NCBI GenBank assembly: GCA_016208855.1
Contig: JACQXF010000078.1
Coordinates: 3,491 to 67,490 of the forward strand
DNA: 64,000 bases
Reading direction: 5' to 3'
DNA from: Nitrospirota bacterium
Lineage (GTDB): Bacteria > Nitrospirota > Thermodesulfovibrionia > UBA6902 > DSMQ01
The notes below the pieces were generated by a model. That model saw nothing but the letters and a program-made list of their open reading frames with translations, ran no database searches and had not been told where the DNA came from. Positions 38,792-49,482 of this stretch are shown piece after piece; within the stretch, counting starts at the first letter, position 1, and each line of letters opens with the position of its first letter. Position numbers and translations under genes: made by a program.

Positions 38792-40429
38792 TTACTTCCC
38801 AAACTCCTTTGCCTTTAACTCCTTCCTCTTTATCTTGCCGCTTATAGTCTTTGGAAGCTCCTCCACAAACTCTATCTTTCTTGGATATTTATACGGCGCT
38901 GTATGTTTCTTCACAAACTCCTGAAGCTCTTTGATTAAGGCATCCGACGGCATATAGCCCTTAGTTAAGACAACAAATGCCTTTACTACCTCACCCCTTA
39001 TCTCATCAGGACTTGCAACTATTGCTGACTCTTTCACAGCAGGATGCTCTATTAAAACGCTCTCTATCTCAAACGGCCCTATCCTGTATCCTGATGTAAG
39101 AATTATATCATCAGCCCTGCCTACAAAATAAAAATATCCGTCTTCATCCTTGTAAGCCCTGTCGCCTGTTATATACCAGCCGCCTCTGATGGTCTTTTCC
39201 GTAGCCTTAGGGTTTCCAAGATATTCTTTGAATAACCCTGCAGGCCGCCCGAACTTAACATTAATTGCTATATCGCCTTCTCTGTTTGGCGGAAGCGGCT
39301 CGCCGTCTTCATTAATAATATCTACAATAAATCCCGGGACAGGCACTCCCATAGAGCCTGCCTTTACAGGAAGGCACCTGAAATTAGCCAAGACATTAAC
39401 CGTCTCTGTCTGCCCATATCCGTCATAAACATACTCGCCTGTGCGCTCTTTCCAGACCTCTATTACTTCTTTGTTTAACGGCTCTCCTGCTGCCACGAAA
39501 TGACGAAGTGTTTTAAACTTAAACTCTTCCGCAGGGATCTCCTTTACCATCATCCTGTATGCAGTAGGCGGTGCGCAAAATGTAGTGATTGGATATTTAT
39601 GCAAGATCTCTACTGTTAAAGAAGGTTCAAACCTGCCCTTCCTATAATAAGAAAATATAGCTGCGCCCATATGCCAAGGCCCAAACAGGCTTGACCATGC
39701 TGCCTTTGCCCAGCCGGTGTCTGAAAGGTTCCAGTGCATATCGCCTTCTCCTAAGTCAAGCCAGTACTTTCCTGTTGTCAGATGTGCAAGAGGATAAGAG
39801 GCATGGGTGTGGAGCACCATCTTAGGAGGGCCTGTAGTTCCGGAAGTAAAATATATCATGGCAGGGTCAGCTGAAAACGCCCTCTCGCCATAAAACGGCT
39901 CTGCCTTATCTCTTCTCTGTATGCAGTCATGCCAGCCCTCTCTTTTGCCAACAGATATAAGAATTGGCTTTAAGACCATACATTTGTCAATTAACATGCT
40001 GCAGCTTAACGCATCTTCAACCTTCTTAGCGTCTTCTACCGTTGCAATAACAGCCTTTATCTCTACAGCCTTAAGCCTGTAGAGGATGTCCTTTGTCGTC
40101 AATTGAACTGTTGCAGGAATTGCGACTGCATTTATCCTCATCAGCGCAAGCATCACTTCCCACCACTCAGGGATATTAGGAAGCATGACCAGGACCTTAT
40201 CGCCCTCGTTTATGCCGATTCTTTTTAAGGCCCCGGCACATTTTGAGGAGATGATTTTAAGTTCATTAAAAGAGAGTCTCTTCTCTTCAATGCCGTCTGT
40301 CCAAAACAGCGCAAGTCCATCACCCCATTTATCAAATACATCAAGCGGAAAGGAGAACCTTTCCGGGATGGGAAGAGAAAAGCCGGCATATTCTTTTTTA
40401 TAGTCTTTCATATTGGAAGAATATCCCAT
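38792..40429 (-). CDS. AMP-forming acyl-CoA synthetase (acetyl/medium-chain type)
   Basis: YTSGTTGPPKMV, YGQTE, GDRAYKDEDGYFYFVGRADD, C-terminal Lys motif. Confidence 0.8.
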   Translation of the reverse strand: MGYSSNMKDYKKEYAGFSLPIPERFSFPLDVFDKWGDGLALFWTDGIEEKRLSFNELKIISSKCAGALKRIGINEGDKVLVMLPNIPEWWEVMLALMRINAVAIPATVQLTTKDILYRLKAVEIKAVIATVEDAKKVEDALSCSMLIDKCMVLKPILISVGKREGWHDCIQRRDKAEPFYGERAFSADPAMIYFTSGTTGPPKMVLHTHASYPLAHLTTGKYWLDLGEGDMHWNLSDTGWAKAAWSSLFGPWHMGAAIFSYYRKGRFEPSLTVEILHKYPITTFCAPPTAYRMMVKEIPAEEFKFKTLRHFVAAGEPLNKEVIEVWKERTGEYVYDGYGQTETVNVLANFRCLPVKAGSMGVPVPGFIVDIINEDGEPLPPNREGDIAINVKFGRPAGLFKEYLGNPKATEKTIRGGWYITGDRAYKDEDGYFYFVGRADDIILTSGYRIGPFEIESVLIEHPAVKESAIVASPDEIRGEVVKAFVVLTKGYMPSDALIKELQEFVKKHTAPYKYPRKIEFVEELPKTISGKIKRKELKAKEFGK

Positions 40430-40488
40430 AAAGAAATAGTATTACAAATTGACTTACAAATCAAACAGGTGTATTTTTATTTTATAGT

Positions 40489-41379
40489 ATGCTTAAAGTA
40501 AGATTTCATGGCAGAGGCGGGCAGGGCGCAAAAATTGCAAGCAGGGTGCTTGGGACTGCCGCCTTCCTTGAAGGATATTATGCGCAGGATTTCCCTCTGT
40601 ACGGGGCTGAGAGGCGCGGCGCACCGATAGCTGCATTTACACGCATATCTAAAGAACCTATTCTTGAGCGCGGCGTAATATCAGAGCCTGATGTTATAGT
40701 TGTAATGGATGAGACGCTTCTTGACGACCCATTGGCAAATCCCCTTTCAGGGCTTGGCAAAGAAGGGCTGGTTTTTATAAATACCACCCATAAAGCAGAA
40801 GACATAAAAAAGAGATATAGGATTGATGCAAATGTCTTAACGCTGGACATCACAAAGATAAGCCTTGATATACTTGGCAAACCAATACTCAGCGCCCTTG
40901 CAGGAGGTGCTGCCTCAAAGATTGTGAGGCTTAAAGAAACATCTCTAAAAGAGGCTGTTACAAGGGAACTATCTGATATTACCCATGAGAAAGGGCTTAT
41001 AGAGAAAAACATAGAGGCGTCAATTTATTGTTTTAATGCACTGCCGTCTGTCTTGATAAAATCAAATGCATCCCATAAAAAAAGCGATGTCATCACTATG
41101 CCTTTTGAGGCAGCAGACATATCAAGCCCTTCTGTAACCATCCCTGCCAATACTCCATTAAAAAAAACTGGAAACTGGCGGATATTTAAGCCTGTATGGG
41201 ATTATGAGCTATGTACAAAATGCATGACCTGTGTCATGAGGTGTCCTGACGGATGTATCAGGGTAAATGAAGAGGGCTTCCCGTACTCAGATTATGAAAA
41301 CTGCAAGGGCTGCATGATATGCGCAGAGGAGTGTCCTGCAAAGGCGATACGTAAAGAAAGGGAAGTTCATGCTTGGTAA
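40489..41379 (+). CDS. porG: 2-oxoacid:ferredoxin oxidoreductase gamma subunit fused to the delta (2x[4Fe-4S]) subunit
   Basis: POR_N gamma domain (HGRGGQGAKIASRVLG) plus a C-terminal ferredoxin with CTKCMTCVMRCP and CKGCMICAEECP. Confidence 0.8.
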   Translation: MLKVRFHGRGGQGAKIASRVLGTAAFLEGYYAQDFPLYGAERRGAPIAAFTRISKEPILERGVISEPDVIVVMDETLLDDPLANPLSGLGKEGLVFINTTHKAEDIKKRYRIDANVLTLDITKISLDILGKPILSALAGGAASKIVRLKETSLKEAVTRELSDITHEKGLIEKNIEASIYCFNALPSVLIKSNASHKKSDVITMPFEAADISSPSVTIPANTPLKKTGNWRIFKPVWDYELCTKCMTCVMRCPDGCIRVNEEGFPYSDYENCKGCMICAEECPAKAIRKEREVHAW

Positions 41380-42601
41380 AATGACCAAACAGATGCTTAC
41401 AGGAAATGCCTCAATTGCATGGGGTGTGAGGCTTTCAGATGTTGACTACATCCCTGCGTATCCTGTGACACCGCAGACTGAGATTATAGAGAGCCTCTCA
41501 AAATGGATAAGAGAGGGGCAGATGGATGCAGGGTTTGTCACAATGGACTCGGAGCATTCAATGATTACTGCTGCAGGGGCTGCCTCTGCAACAGGCGTAA
41601 GGGTATTTACTGCGACATCAAGCCAGGGGCTCATGTATGGATTTGAGATGCTTTACACGGTTTCCGGCTGGCGTGTGCCTTTTGTAATGGCAAATGTCTC
41701 AAGGGGGCTTTCCTCTCCTATTACGCTTGAGCCTGATCATAACGACATACTTGCAGCGCGTGACACAGGGTTTCTGCAGATTCACTGTGAGACGTGCCAG
41801 GAAGCGCTTGACTCCATACTTATTGCATACAGGCTTGCTGAGGATAAGAGTGTCCTCCTGCCTGCTATTGTCAATATGGATGGATTTTATCTCTCATTCA
41901 CACGCGAGCCTGTAGAGATTCCTAACAAGGAGATTGTAAGAGAATTTCTTCCTCCATATAAGCCAACTCATGCATTCTTCAGGGCATCACAACCGATGGC
42001 TCAAGGCGTAGCAGTGCTTGGCGGGCATATATATTCATATTTTAAATATCAGATGCATATGGCAAACAATAATGCCCTTAGCATCTATAAAGAGGTATCA
42101 GAGGAATTTAAAGAGACCTTTGGCAGGGGTTACGGGACAGTAGAAGGCTATATGCTTGATGACGCGGAATATGTGCTTATAATGAGCAACTCATTTTCAG
42201 CAATGGGCAAGGCAGCAGTAAAAAGGGCAAGAGAAAAAGGCTTGCGTATAGGCCTTCTAAGACTAAGGCTTCTCAGGCCTTTCCCTGAAGAAGATATAAG
42301 AGAGGCGCTTAAGGGACGGAAAGCCTCGGCTGTCATAGACCAAAACATAAGCGTTGGCAAAGGCGGGATATTGTACTCAGAAATAGCAGGTGTGCTTTAT
42401 AATGAAAAACAAAGACCTCTCCTGCTTTCATTCATCGGCGGGCTTGGAGGGAAAAATATAAGCGATGCAGAGTTTGATTTTATTTTTGACGCCATGATGA
42501 ATGCATACAGCACAGGCAATGTGCCACAGCCCGCTCTCCTATACACAGAGGCAGAGTTAGAGGAGATGGAAAGGCTGAAGAGGGTAGCAGGGAAAGGATA
42601 G
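41369..42601 (+). CDS. porA: 2-oxoacid:ferredoxin oxidoreductase alpha subunit
   Basis: GNASIAWG...YPVTPQTEI. Confidence 0.85.
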   Translation: MLGKMTKQMLTGNASIAWGVRLSDVDYIPAYPVTPQTEIIESLSKWIREGQMDAGFVTMDSEHSMITAAGAASATGVRVFTATSSQGLMYGFEMLYTVSGWRVPFVMANVSRGLSSPITLEPDHNDILAARDTGFLQIHCETCQEALDSILIAYRLAEDKSVLLPAIVNMDGFYLSFTREPVEIPNKEIVREFLPPYKPTHAFFRASQPMAQGVAVLGGHIYSYFKYQMHMANNNALSIYKEVSEEFKETFGRGYGTVEGYMLDDAEYVLIMSNSFSAMGKAAVKRAREKGLRIGLLRLRLLRPFPEEDIREALKGRKASAVIDQNISVGKGGILYSEIAGVLYNEKQRPLLLSFIGGLGGKNISDAEFDFIFDAMMNAYSTGNVPQPALLYTEAELEEMERLKRVAGKG

Positions 42602-42676
42602 TATCAACGTATCAGAGTACCAAAGTTTTTATTATGGCTCTCTGACACTTTGATACTCAAAGCTGAGGAACAGGGC

Positions 42677-43582
42677 ATGATTAAATCCATCAAAGACCTG
42701 ACATTTGAAGAACAGATGCTTCCGGGCACTCCTGCATGCGCCGGATGCGGCGGGCTTTTAGCTCTAAGGCACTGCCTGAAGGCGCTTGGTGAAAAAACAG
42801 TTATTGTAAATGCAGCAGGATGCTTCACCCTTTTATGCGTTTATCCATTTACTCCTTTTAAAAGCTCATGGCTTTACACTGCAATGGCATGCGCTCCTGC
42901 AGGCGCACAAGGTGTAAGGGATGCGCTAAATATATTGATTAAAAAAGGAAGGCTTGATGAAAAAGAAGACCTAAAAGTAGTGGTGCTTACAGGCGACGGC
43001 GCTGCCTATGATATGGGGCTTTCCTCTACCTCAGGGGCAATCTACCGCAACCTTGATTTTTACTACATATGCTATGACAACGAGGCATATGGAAACACAG
43101 GGTTTCAGAGCTCAGGCGCCACGCCTTTTGGCTCAAAGACAGGGACAACCTTACCTGCTGAACTAAACCCTCTGGGCTCAGAGCTTTCTAAAAAAGACCT
43201 CTTTGAGATATGGCGAAGCCACAAGCCCCCTTACCTTGCAACTATCTCTCCGTCACACCCTGTTGATATAGCAAATAAGTTTAAAAAATGTGAAGGCATT
43301 AAAGGACCAAAACTATTTATAGCGCACTCTCCATGCCCTCCGGGGTGGGCAACAGAGCCCCGGCTCTCAGCAAAATTCGCAAAACTTGCAGTTGAAACAG
43401 GCATATGGCCTCTTAAAGAGGCTCTTTACGGCGAGGTAAAACACACATTGATTCCTAAAAAATTTAAGCCTGTTGAAGAATACCTTAGCGAGCAGGGAAG
43501 ATTTGCGCATTTATTTAAGCCAATAAGGCAGGAAGAGGCAATAAAAAATATTCAGGAGAGAGTGAATAGATATTGGAAATAG
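42677..43582 (+). CDS. porB: 2-oxoacid:ferredoxin oxidoreductase beta subunit (TPP-binding)
   Basis: CAGCGG cluster ligands and GDGAAYDMG TPP motif. GAGGA RBS before ATG 42677. Confidence 0.85.
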   Translation: MIKSIKDLTFEEQMLPGTPACAGCGGLLALRHCLKALGEKTVIVNAAGCFTLLCVYPFTPFKSSWLYTAMACAPAGAQGVRDALNILIKKGRLDEKEDLKVVVLTGDGAAYDMGLSSTSGAIYRNLDFYYICYDNEAYGNTGFQSSGATPFGSKTGTTLPAELNPLGSELSKKDLFEIWRSHKPPYLATISPSHPVDIANKFKKCEGIKGPKLFIAHSPCPPGWATEPRLSAKFAKLAVETGIWPLKEALYGEVKHTLIPKKFKPVEEYLSEQGRFAHLFKPIRQEEAIKNIQERVNRYWK

Positions 43583-43790
43583 AGGTTGGCATCTATTTAC
43601 TGATAATTATTCTTGCATGAATCGTAAAAATAGCTTACAATTAATTAAACGCTTGCTTTCCATTGATCTTCCCTGCAGCAAAACTGCAGGGAATCTAATG
43701 TAAGGAATTTTTTATTATTACATTCGCTTGCTAACCCCGTGGAAAAGACCACGGGGAGTACGCTCGCTTTCCATTTAAAAACATAAGGAT

Positions 43791-44243
43791 ATGTCAACAG
43801 GCAATACAGAAAAGAGGGGCTCCACAGACAGGCGGAAAGGGCTCAGCCCTTTTAACAAGTATTTATTTTTTGGCGGCAGAAGAAACAGGATAAGAAGAGA
43901 ATTAGATAAAAAGAAACATTTTGTTTTATTAGACTACTACAGTCCCCGCCTCTTTGTCCTGCTTATAGCTATCCTGCTATGTAGTTACGCTGACGCCTTT
44001 TTAACGCTTATTCTAAATGAGAAAAAAGTCATTGCAGAAGCAAACCCCATAATGGCGTTTCACTTAGACCGCGGCATACTACCGTTTGTAGTTAATAAAT
44101 TCTTTTTAACTGCTGTTCCTGTTGTTATCCTCTGTCTGCTCCACAAGAACCCGATTGCGAGAACAGGATTAAAGTTTATAGCAATAGCCTATGCCTTTAT
44201 CATTACCTATCAACTCTATCTGACTTATATTACTCACTACTAA
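43791..44243 (+). CDS. Hypothetical small membrane protein with a basic cytoplasmic N-terminus
   Basis: Arg-rich N-terminus (GGRRNRIRRELDKKK) followed by three predicted TM helices. Confidence 0.4.
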   Translation: MSTGNTEKRGSTDRRKGLSPFNKYLFFGGRRNRIRRELDKKKHFVLLDYYSPRLFVLLIAILLCSYADAFLTLILNEKKVIAEANPIMAFHLDRGILPFVVNKFFLTAVPVVILCLLHKNPIARTGLKFIAIAYAFIITYQLYLTYITHY

Positions 44244-44296
44244 CGCCACTGCGCTACTTACAAGCTAACAGGCTATCAAGCTTGCAGGCTTGTCAG

Positions 44297-45139
44297 CTAT
44301 CGAATAAGGATCTCCAAAAGCCTGTCCAGCTCGTCAAGGGAATAGTACTGTATCTCAATCTTTCCGCCTTTTTTGCCTCTGTGAATAAGCTGAACCTTAG
44401 TTCCCAAACTATGCATTAATTTTTCTTCAAGCGAGGCTATCTGGGCGTCCTTCCTTTTAGATAATCTCTGCGTCTTTCCTGAAGAGACTGCCTTTCTGGA
44501 TAACGCCTCTGTCTCCCTTACGCTTAAACCCCTCTGTATTACCCTTCTTGCGGTATCAAGCTGCAAGGGCACACTCTCTATCTGCAGAAGCGCCTTTGCA
44601 TGGCCAATGCTCAAAGAGCCCTCTGCTATCCATGACTTAACCTCTATAGGGAGCTTCAATATCCTCAAATAGTTTGTTACTGTAGCCCTGTCCTTTCCGA
44701 CCTTTTGCGAAAGTGCGTCATGGGTAAGGCTAAAGTCGTTAATAAGTCTCTGGAATGCCTCTGCTGTCTCAATGGGGTTAAGGTCTTCCCTCTGGATATT
44801 CTCAATAAGGGCAAGCTCCATTGCCTCCTCTGGGGCAGCGTCTTTTACAATGACTGGAATCTTTGGAAGGCCTGCCATCTTTGCAGCCCGCCATCTTCTC
44901 TCGCCTGCTATAAGCCTGAATGAGCCGTCCTCTGAACGCCTTACAATTATCGGCTGTATAACGCCCTTTTCTTTTATTGAAAGGGAAAGCTCTTGAAGCG
45001 CCGAATCTTTAAATATCCTTCTTGGCTGGTATTCATTAGGAACGATTTTACCAACCTCAACCTCAAGGACTCCCCTTACTGCTGCATCTGTCTTCTCAGG
45101 GATTAACGCCCCGAGACCCTTACCCAGCGCTGTTTTCAT
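44297..45139 (-). CDS. parB: Chromosome partitioning protein ParB
   Basis: ParB box [15 protein letters not shown] and an HTH. Confidence 0.85.
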   Translation of the reverse strand: MKTALGKGLGALIPEKTDAAVRGVLEVEVGKIVPNEYQPRRIFKDSALQELSLSIKEKGVIQPIIVRRSEDGSFRLIAGERRWRAAKMAGLPKIPVIVKDAAPEEAMELALIENIQREDLNPIETAEAFQRLINDFSLTHDALSQKVGKDRATVTNYLRILKLPIEVKSWIAEGSLSIGHAKALLQIESVPLQLDTARRVIQRGLSVRETEALSRKAVSSGKTQRLSKRKDAQIASLEEKLMHSLGTKVQLIHRGKKGGKIEIQYYSLDELDRLLEILIR

Positions 45140-45893
45140 TTCCGATTATCTCCCTTGCCAATGATAGATAGCCCTGTGAGCCTTTTGAATGGAAGTCATA
45201 AAGGACTACAGGCTTCCCATGACTTGGCGCCTCAGCAAGAGTTATATTCCTTGGGATTATTGTCCTGTAAACCTTATCTCCAAAGTGCTGCCTTAGCTCA
45301 TCTGCAACCTGATTTGCAAGCGTGTTACGGCCGTCAAACATTGTAAGCAAAATCCCTTCTATCTGAAGAGACGGATTAAAAGCGCTTCTTACAAGGTCAA
45401 GCGTCCTCATCAGGGAGCCTATCCCCTCCAGCGAATAATATTCGCACTGCATTGGTATAAGCAGGCTCTGGGCTGCCACAAAGGCGTTTAAAGAGAGGAG
45501 GCTTAAAGAAGGGGGACAGTCTATAAGGATGAATTCGTATTTATCCTTAACCTGCTCTATTGCTCTTTTCAGTATCGCCTCCCTGTCTGTCTTTTCTATA
45601 AGCTCAAGCTCTGCGCCAAGGAGATTTATGTTTGATGGAACGACCTTAAGAAAATCAAGCGCTGTATCGTATGTCGCCTCTTCAATGGACTTTGCCCCTG
45701 TATATACATCATAAAGGCTTGTATTGAGGCTGTCTTTATTCAGGCCAACACCGCTTGTAGAATTTCCCTGCGGGTCTGTATCTATAAGCAGAACGCGCCT
45801 TTCAGTATGAGCCAAAGAAGCGGCAAGATTGATAGCCGTGGTGGTCTTTCCAACCCCGCCCTTTTGATTTGCTATTGCTATGATTTTACCCAT
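45120..45893 (-). CDS. parA: Chromosome partitioning ATPase ParA/Soj
   Basis: Deviant Walker A KGGVGKTT. Confidence 0.9.
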   Translation of the reverse strand: MGKIIAIANQKGGVGKTTTAINLAASLAHTERRVLLIDTDPQGNSTSGVGLNKDSLNTSLYDVYTGAKSIEEATYDTALDFLKVVPSNINLLGAELELIEKTDREAILKRAIEQVKDKYEFILIDCPPSLSLLSLNAFVAAQSLLIPMQCEYYSLEGIGSLMRTLDLVRSAFNPSLQIEGILLTMFDGRNTLANQVADELRQHFGDKVYRTIIPRNITLAEAPSHGKPVVLYDFHSKGSQGYLSLAREIIGNENSAG

Positions 45894-45989
45894 AATAAAG
45901 AAGTGTCAAAGTGTCAGAGCATCAAAGTATCAGAGTCTTTTTTTTACTTTGACACATTGACACTCTGATACCGTGACACTATTTTTTAA

Positions 45990-46289
45990 TTATGCTCCGT
46001 CCTGGACATACTTAAAGCCTTCCTTCATGGAAAGCTCTGCCTTTGTCAGCTCTTTACCAAGATATGCGGCATGGGTCAGGTCTGAGACCCAGTTATTATT
46101 AATAATTGTCAGATATATATCCCTGCTCGTCTCTCCCTCAATAATCCTAAGGAGCTTATTATCATAGGAGTAGTGCTCTACCAGGATAGCGCCGTCTTTC
46201 TTTGAGGGAAGAATGACAAAATACCCTGCCTTATCAAGCGCCACAGACTGGGATTTTGCCTCTGCCTTGACTCTCGGAGTTGAAGGCAC
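45990..46289 (-). CDS. Hypothetical protein whose reading frame stays open upstream to ~46454 with no canonical start
   Basis: ORF-track 99 aa from GTG. The same frame is open for 55 further codons upstream without ATG/GTG/TTG. Confidence 0.3.
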   Translation of the reverse strand: MPSTPRVKAEAKSQSVALDKAGYFVILPSKKDGAILVEHYSYDNKLLRIIEGETSRDIYLTIINNNWVSDLTHAAYLGKELTKAELSMKEGFKYVQDGA

Positions 46290-46460
46290 AGCAGGAGCGC
46301 TTTTAGCCTTAGTCTCTGTCTTTCCTATTGAAAATCTCTTGCGCCCTGTCTGAGCTGATGACGCAGGAACCTGCTCGGAAAGCTCCTTAATCCTGCTAAT
46401 CAGCTCCTGAGCATCTTCGCAACCAAGTATATTCTCTATCCTTACCTGTTTGCGAAAATC

Positions 46461-46991
46461 CTATACCTCCTTGCCGGTAACATTCTTAAGCTCCGGCCTT
46501 CTACCTATATTTTCAGTCTCTGTCTTGCCGATAATACAGAGCCCTTTAGGGGTTAGGGCGGCTAACTCTTGTGGAAGGTTCTCATTTGCAAGCGTAGAAA
46601 CTGCCACAGGTGCATTTTTCTCCACAACAAAATACTCGCCTATTACAGGAGGCCAGGTGTCACCGGCTACCTCAAACCCGCAGCTATCGCCAAGAGATAA
46701 GGCAGCCATGGCGGGATATTTTGCCGTCAAAAGACTCATTGCCTCAGGAGGGATACAGAATTTGCATTTAAAGCATGAATACTCCATGGGTTCAAGCTCA
46801 TTCATCCATCGGCATACATCCTCATGAAGGCTTCTTGCATCATCTTCATTGACTGAGAGCAAAGATGTGCTGAGGTTTACGAGGGTAGTTCGCATGCAGC
46901 CGCACTTCCTGCATTTGCCAAGCCCCATTGATCTCTTTAATTCAGAGTGAACCTTTTCAAAAAGCGGATTCATTTGCTCTATTATGGACAA
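46461..46991 (-). CDS. Cys-rich hypothetical protein (possible metal/Fe-S binding)
   Basis: CRKCGCM, CFKCKFC and further Cys. Confidence 0.4.
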   Translation of the reverse strand: MSIIEQMNPLFEKVHSELKRSMGLGKCRKCGCMRTTLVNLSTSLLSVNEDDARSLHEDVCRWMNELEPMEYSCFKCKFCIPPEAMSLLTAKYPAMAALSLGDSCGFEVAGDTWPPVIGEYFVVEKNAPVAVSTLANENLPQELAALTPKGLCIIGKTETENIGRRPELKNVTGKEV

Positions 46992-47054
46992 TAGTGTCTG
47001 AAAATTTCAATGACGGACAGTGGTTCCCAGAAATAGAGATAGAAAACACTAATC

Positions 47055-47172
47055 ATTTAAAATCCCCCTCCCATTGCGGGAGGGGGCGAGGGGGAGGGGT
47101 AACCTTTTTGGTTATTCTTCACCCTCACCCTAACCCTCTCCCGTCAAGGGAGAGGGAACTTTTGGAGGTTCC
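47055..47172. repeat. Degenerate G-rich palindromic element E (same family)
   Basis: cccctcccattgcgggaggggg and ccctctcccgtcaagggagaggg, ending aacttttggaggttcc. Confidence 0.5.
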
Positions 47173-47295
47173 TATCTCTATTTTTCGGAGTGGTTAGACA
47201 AGAGATAGAGAAAGCAGCAAATAGAGAGTACAGAGAAATAGATAGGTAGAGCGTGCGTGAAAAGAGAGTAGCTGCTATGAGCCATGAGCCATAAG

Positions 47296-49191
47296 CTATG
47301 CTATTGCCTCTTTTTTAATGCTGTCAAGGAGTTCTGCTATCCTGCCTGATATTCCCTCCATATCCTTGTAAATCCTCTCTGCCTTTGCTTTGTCTCCTGA
47401 ATTGTGTACTGAAACCGCCTCTTTTGCCAGTGAGTGTATCTTTGCATGCGGCTCATCTATTGCTTTAAAAGAGTGTAAGTTTCCACACGTCTGCATTCCG
47501 TCTCCGAAATACCACTTTCCAAACCTGCAGTTGTGATGGTCAGGCAGCTGTGAAGGGTCAATGGCCGTGCTGTCCTTTAGGCATGATGCGATCTTCCCCA
47601 TAAACAACCTGTGGTCTGTCTTTGCAATATCAAGTATCTGAAGTCCGCTTTCCTTTGTTTTAAATCCTGATACGGCTGTCCTTAGCGCCTCTGCAGTAAG
47701 CGTTAATGAGTTAACCTCCCGTATCACATCATCAGACATCCTCTCTATCTCCTGTGCCGTGCTTGAGGTCTCCTCTACGCTCCTTGAAACCTCCTCCAGC
47801 GCTGCAGACTGCTCTTCCACGGCTGTGGCTATCTGTGTTATAAGGTCATTTACGCTTGCCACATTTGTCACTACATCTTGTGATGATTTATTGACCTTCT
47901 CTATCAGACTCACCGCATCTGCCGAGCCTGTCTGTATCTCTCCTATAATGCCTGTAATCTCTGATGATGCCTTTGACGTCCTCTCTGCAAGCTTCCTTAC
48001 CTCCTCTGCCACTACGGCAAAGCCCTTGCCGTGCTCCCCTGCGTTTGCTGCCTCAATTGCAGCATTTACAGCCAGAAGGTCAGTCTTATTTGCTATCTCA
48101 TTAATAAACATTATCACCTCTCCTATCTTCCTGCTCTTCTCACCCTGCTGGTTTATGATAGAAGATGTCTCCTTAACAAGCCCTGCCCCCTTTTCAACAG
48201 TCAAGGATGATTCCTTTGACAGTCCGCTTGCATTTGATGTTGACCTTGCTATCTCCGCGATAGTTGATGTAATTTCCTCTACTGCCGTGGCTATCTGAGA
48301 TGCCTGTGAAGACTGGTTTTGTGCGCTCTCTATTGTCTTCTGCGCCCTCACCCTTAATACATCCACTGTAGAGACCACATTATTTGCAGAAGCAACGATT
48401 CCATTTATCATGGCGTTGAAGGATTGAATCATTTTGTTCATGCTTTGAGCAAGTACGCCGATCTCATCCTTTGATTTTGTTTCCAGCGCCTCAACAGCCA
48501 GATTGCCTGTAGCTATCTCCTCGGCAGCCCTTGAAATATGCGTTAACGGCTTTGTAACGGAGTTTTTCAAATTCCTTACAAGAAGCACGCCACCCGTTCC
48601 TGCGAGACCGATGAGAAAGACAAATATCGTTGTTATCCTTAATCCATTCATTATCATCTTAAACATCTCGTCTAAGGCCTTTTCTCCTGCCCTATCCGAC
48701 TCATTAACAACAGCGGCAACCCCCTGGATTACCTTATCGCAGGCCTTATCATATTCGTCCATCACCATGTCTCCCTTTGCACGGTCTATAAGATATGCAT
48801 TGAACATTTTGACGCCTGTTTCCCACATCTTAGGGAGGTCATTTTTTAAAACTCCAAGTTTATTACTGATTCCCTTATCACCCTTCTTCAGTTCCAAAAG
48901 CCTGTCAATATCCTTGTATGCTGCATCAAGAGATGGCTTAGCCTCCTCGGCTATGACCTTTTTATCCTTAGTCAAAGAAGCGTCAGTAAAAAATTGCCAT
49001 ACATTGGCGACTTGAAACTGCAGGTCTTTCCCTGTCTTTATCTCCTCCTGCACGTAGCGGTAATTTGCGATATCGGCTTTGAACTCCCTCAGTTCACCAA
49101 TTACAAAGACAGCAAAAATAAGAAATATTGAAATGATAATAGCGAGGGAAAAGTATAGCTTTTTCTCAATTGTCAATTTTATAAAACCCAC
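47296..49191 (-). CDS. Methyl-accepting chemotaxis protein with a C-terminal CZB (chemoreceptor zinc-binding) domain
   Basis: TM helix, HAMP, MCP signalling domain, then [11 protein letters not shown]...H...H. GTG start with a GGAGG RBS at 49191; the ORF-track extension to 49284 has no RBS. Confidence 0.75.
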   Translation of the reverse strand: MGFIKLTIEKKLYFSLAIIISIFLIFAVFVIGELREFKADIANYRYVQEEIKTGKDLQFQVANVWQFFTDASLTKDKKVIAEEAKPSLDAAYKDIDRLLELKKGDKGISNKLGVLKNDLPKMWETGVKMFNAYLIDRAKGDMVMDEYDKACDKVIQGVAAVVNESDRAGEKALDEMFKMIMNGLRITTIFVFLIGLAGTGGVLLVRNLKNSVTKPLTHISRAAEEIATGNLAVEALETKSKDEIGVLAQSMNKMIQSFNAMINGIVASANNVVSTVDVLRVRAQKTIESAQNQSSQASQIATAVEEITSTIAEIARSTSNASGLSKESSLTVEKGAGLVKETSSIINQQGEKSRKIGEVIMFINEIANKTDLLAVNAAIEAANAGEHGKGFAVVAEEVRKLAERTSKASSEITGIIGEIQTGSADAVSLIEKVNKSSQDVVTNVASVNDLITQIATAVEEQSAALEEVSRSVEETSSTAQEIERMSDDVIREVNSLTLTAEALRTAVSGFKTKESGLQILDIAKTDHRLFMGKIASCLKDSTAIDPSQLPDHHNCRFGKWYFGDGMQTCGNLHSFKAIDEPHAKIHSLAKEAVSVHNSGDKAKAERIYKDMEGISGRIAELLDSIKKEAIA

Positions 49192-49482
49192 GTTCAACCT
49201 CCAAGTGCAATAAACTGATTTTCCCCCATTACCAGAAGCCAGCCATCTTCTGTCATCAATCCTGCTATGGCTGCCCCCCCCCAATCTTACTTTCTCTTTT
49301 CTTATCGGAAACTGCCATTAGAACTTTATTAACATTTTGTAAATTTGCTGTGAATTTTATTCTAATGAAGGTATAGCAGAGGCAGCCTGCTTCGGCTCAC
49401 CTCAGAAAATACAGTTAGTTAAAACTAAGGGAAGGCATTAAAGCCTTTTTAAAAGGCCTCTTCTGGATTATAATAAAAGCAA

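Noticed and set aside
43600-43790. Possible c-di-GMP (GEMM) riboswitch upstream of the small membrane protein, considered because of the neighbouring PilZ/GGDEF content
   Set aside because: The sequence lacks the conserved GEMM-I/II helices and tetraloop-receptor elements. Only generic GC hairpins are present.
46928-47197. 89-aa ORF encoding ...HPHPNPLPSRERELL...
   Set aside because: It is encoded entirely by the G-rich palindromic repeat element E. Its amino-acid sequence is a by-product of the CCCTCCC/GGGAGGG stems.
47759-48298. Near-identical 179-aa antisense ORFs within the two chemoreceptor signalling domains (the second copy is at 56207-56746)
   Set aside because: They are near-identical only because the underlying chemoreceptor DNA is duplicated. 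Both are reverse-frame artefacts of the coiled-coil coding region.
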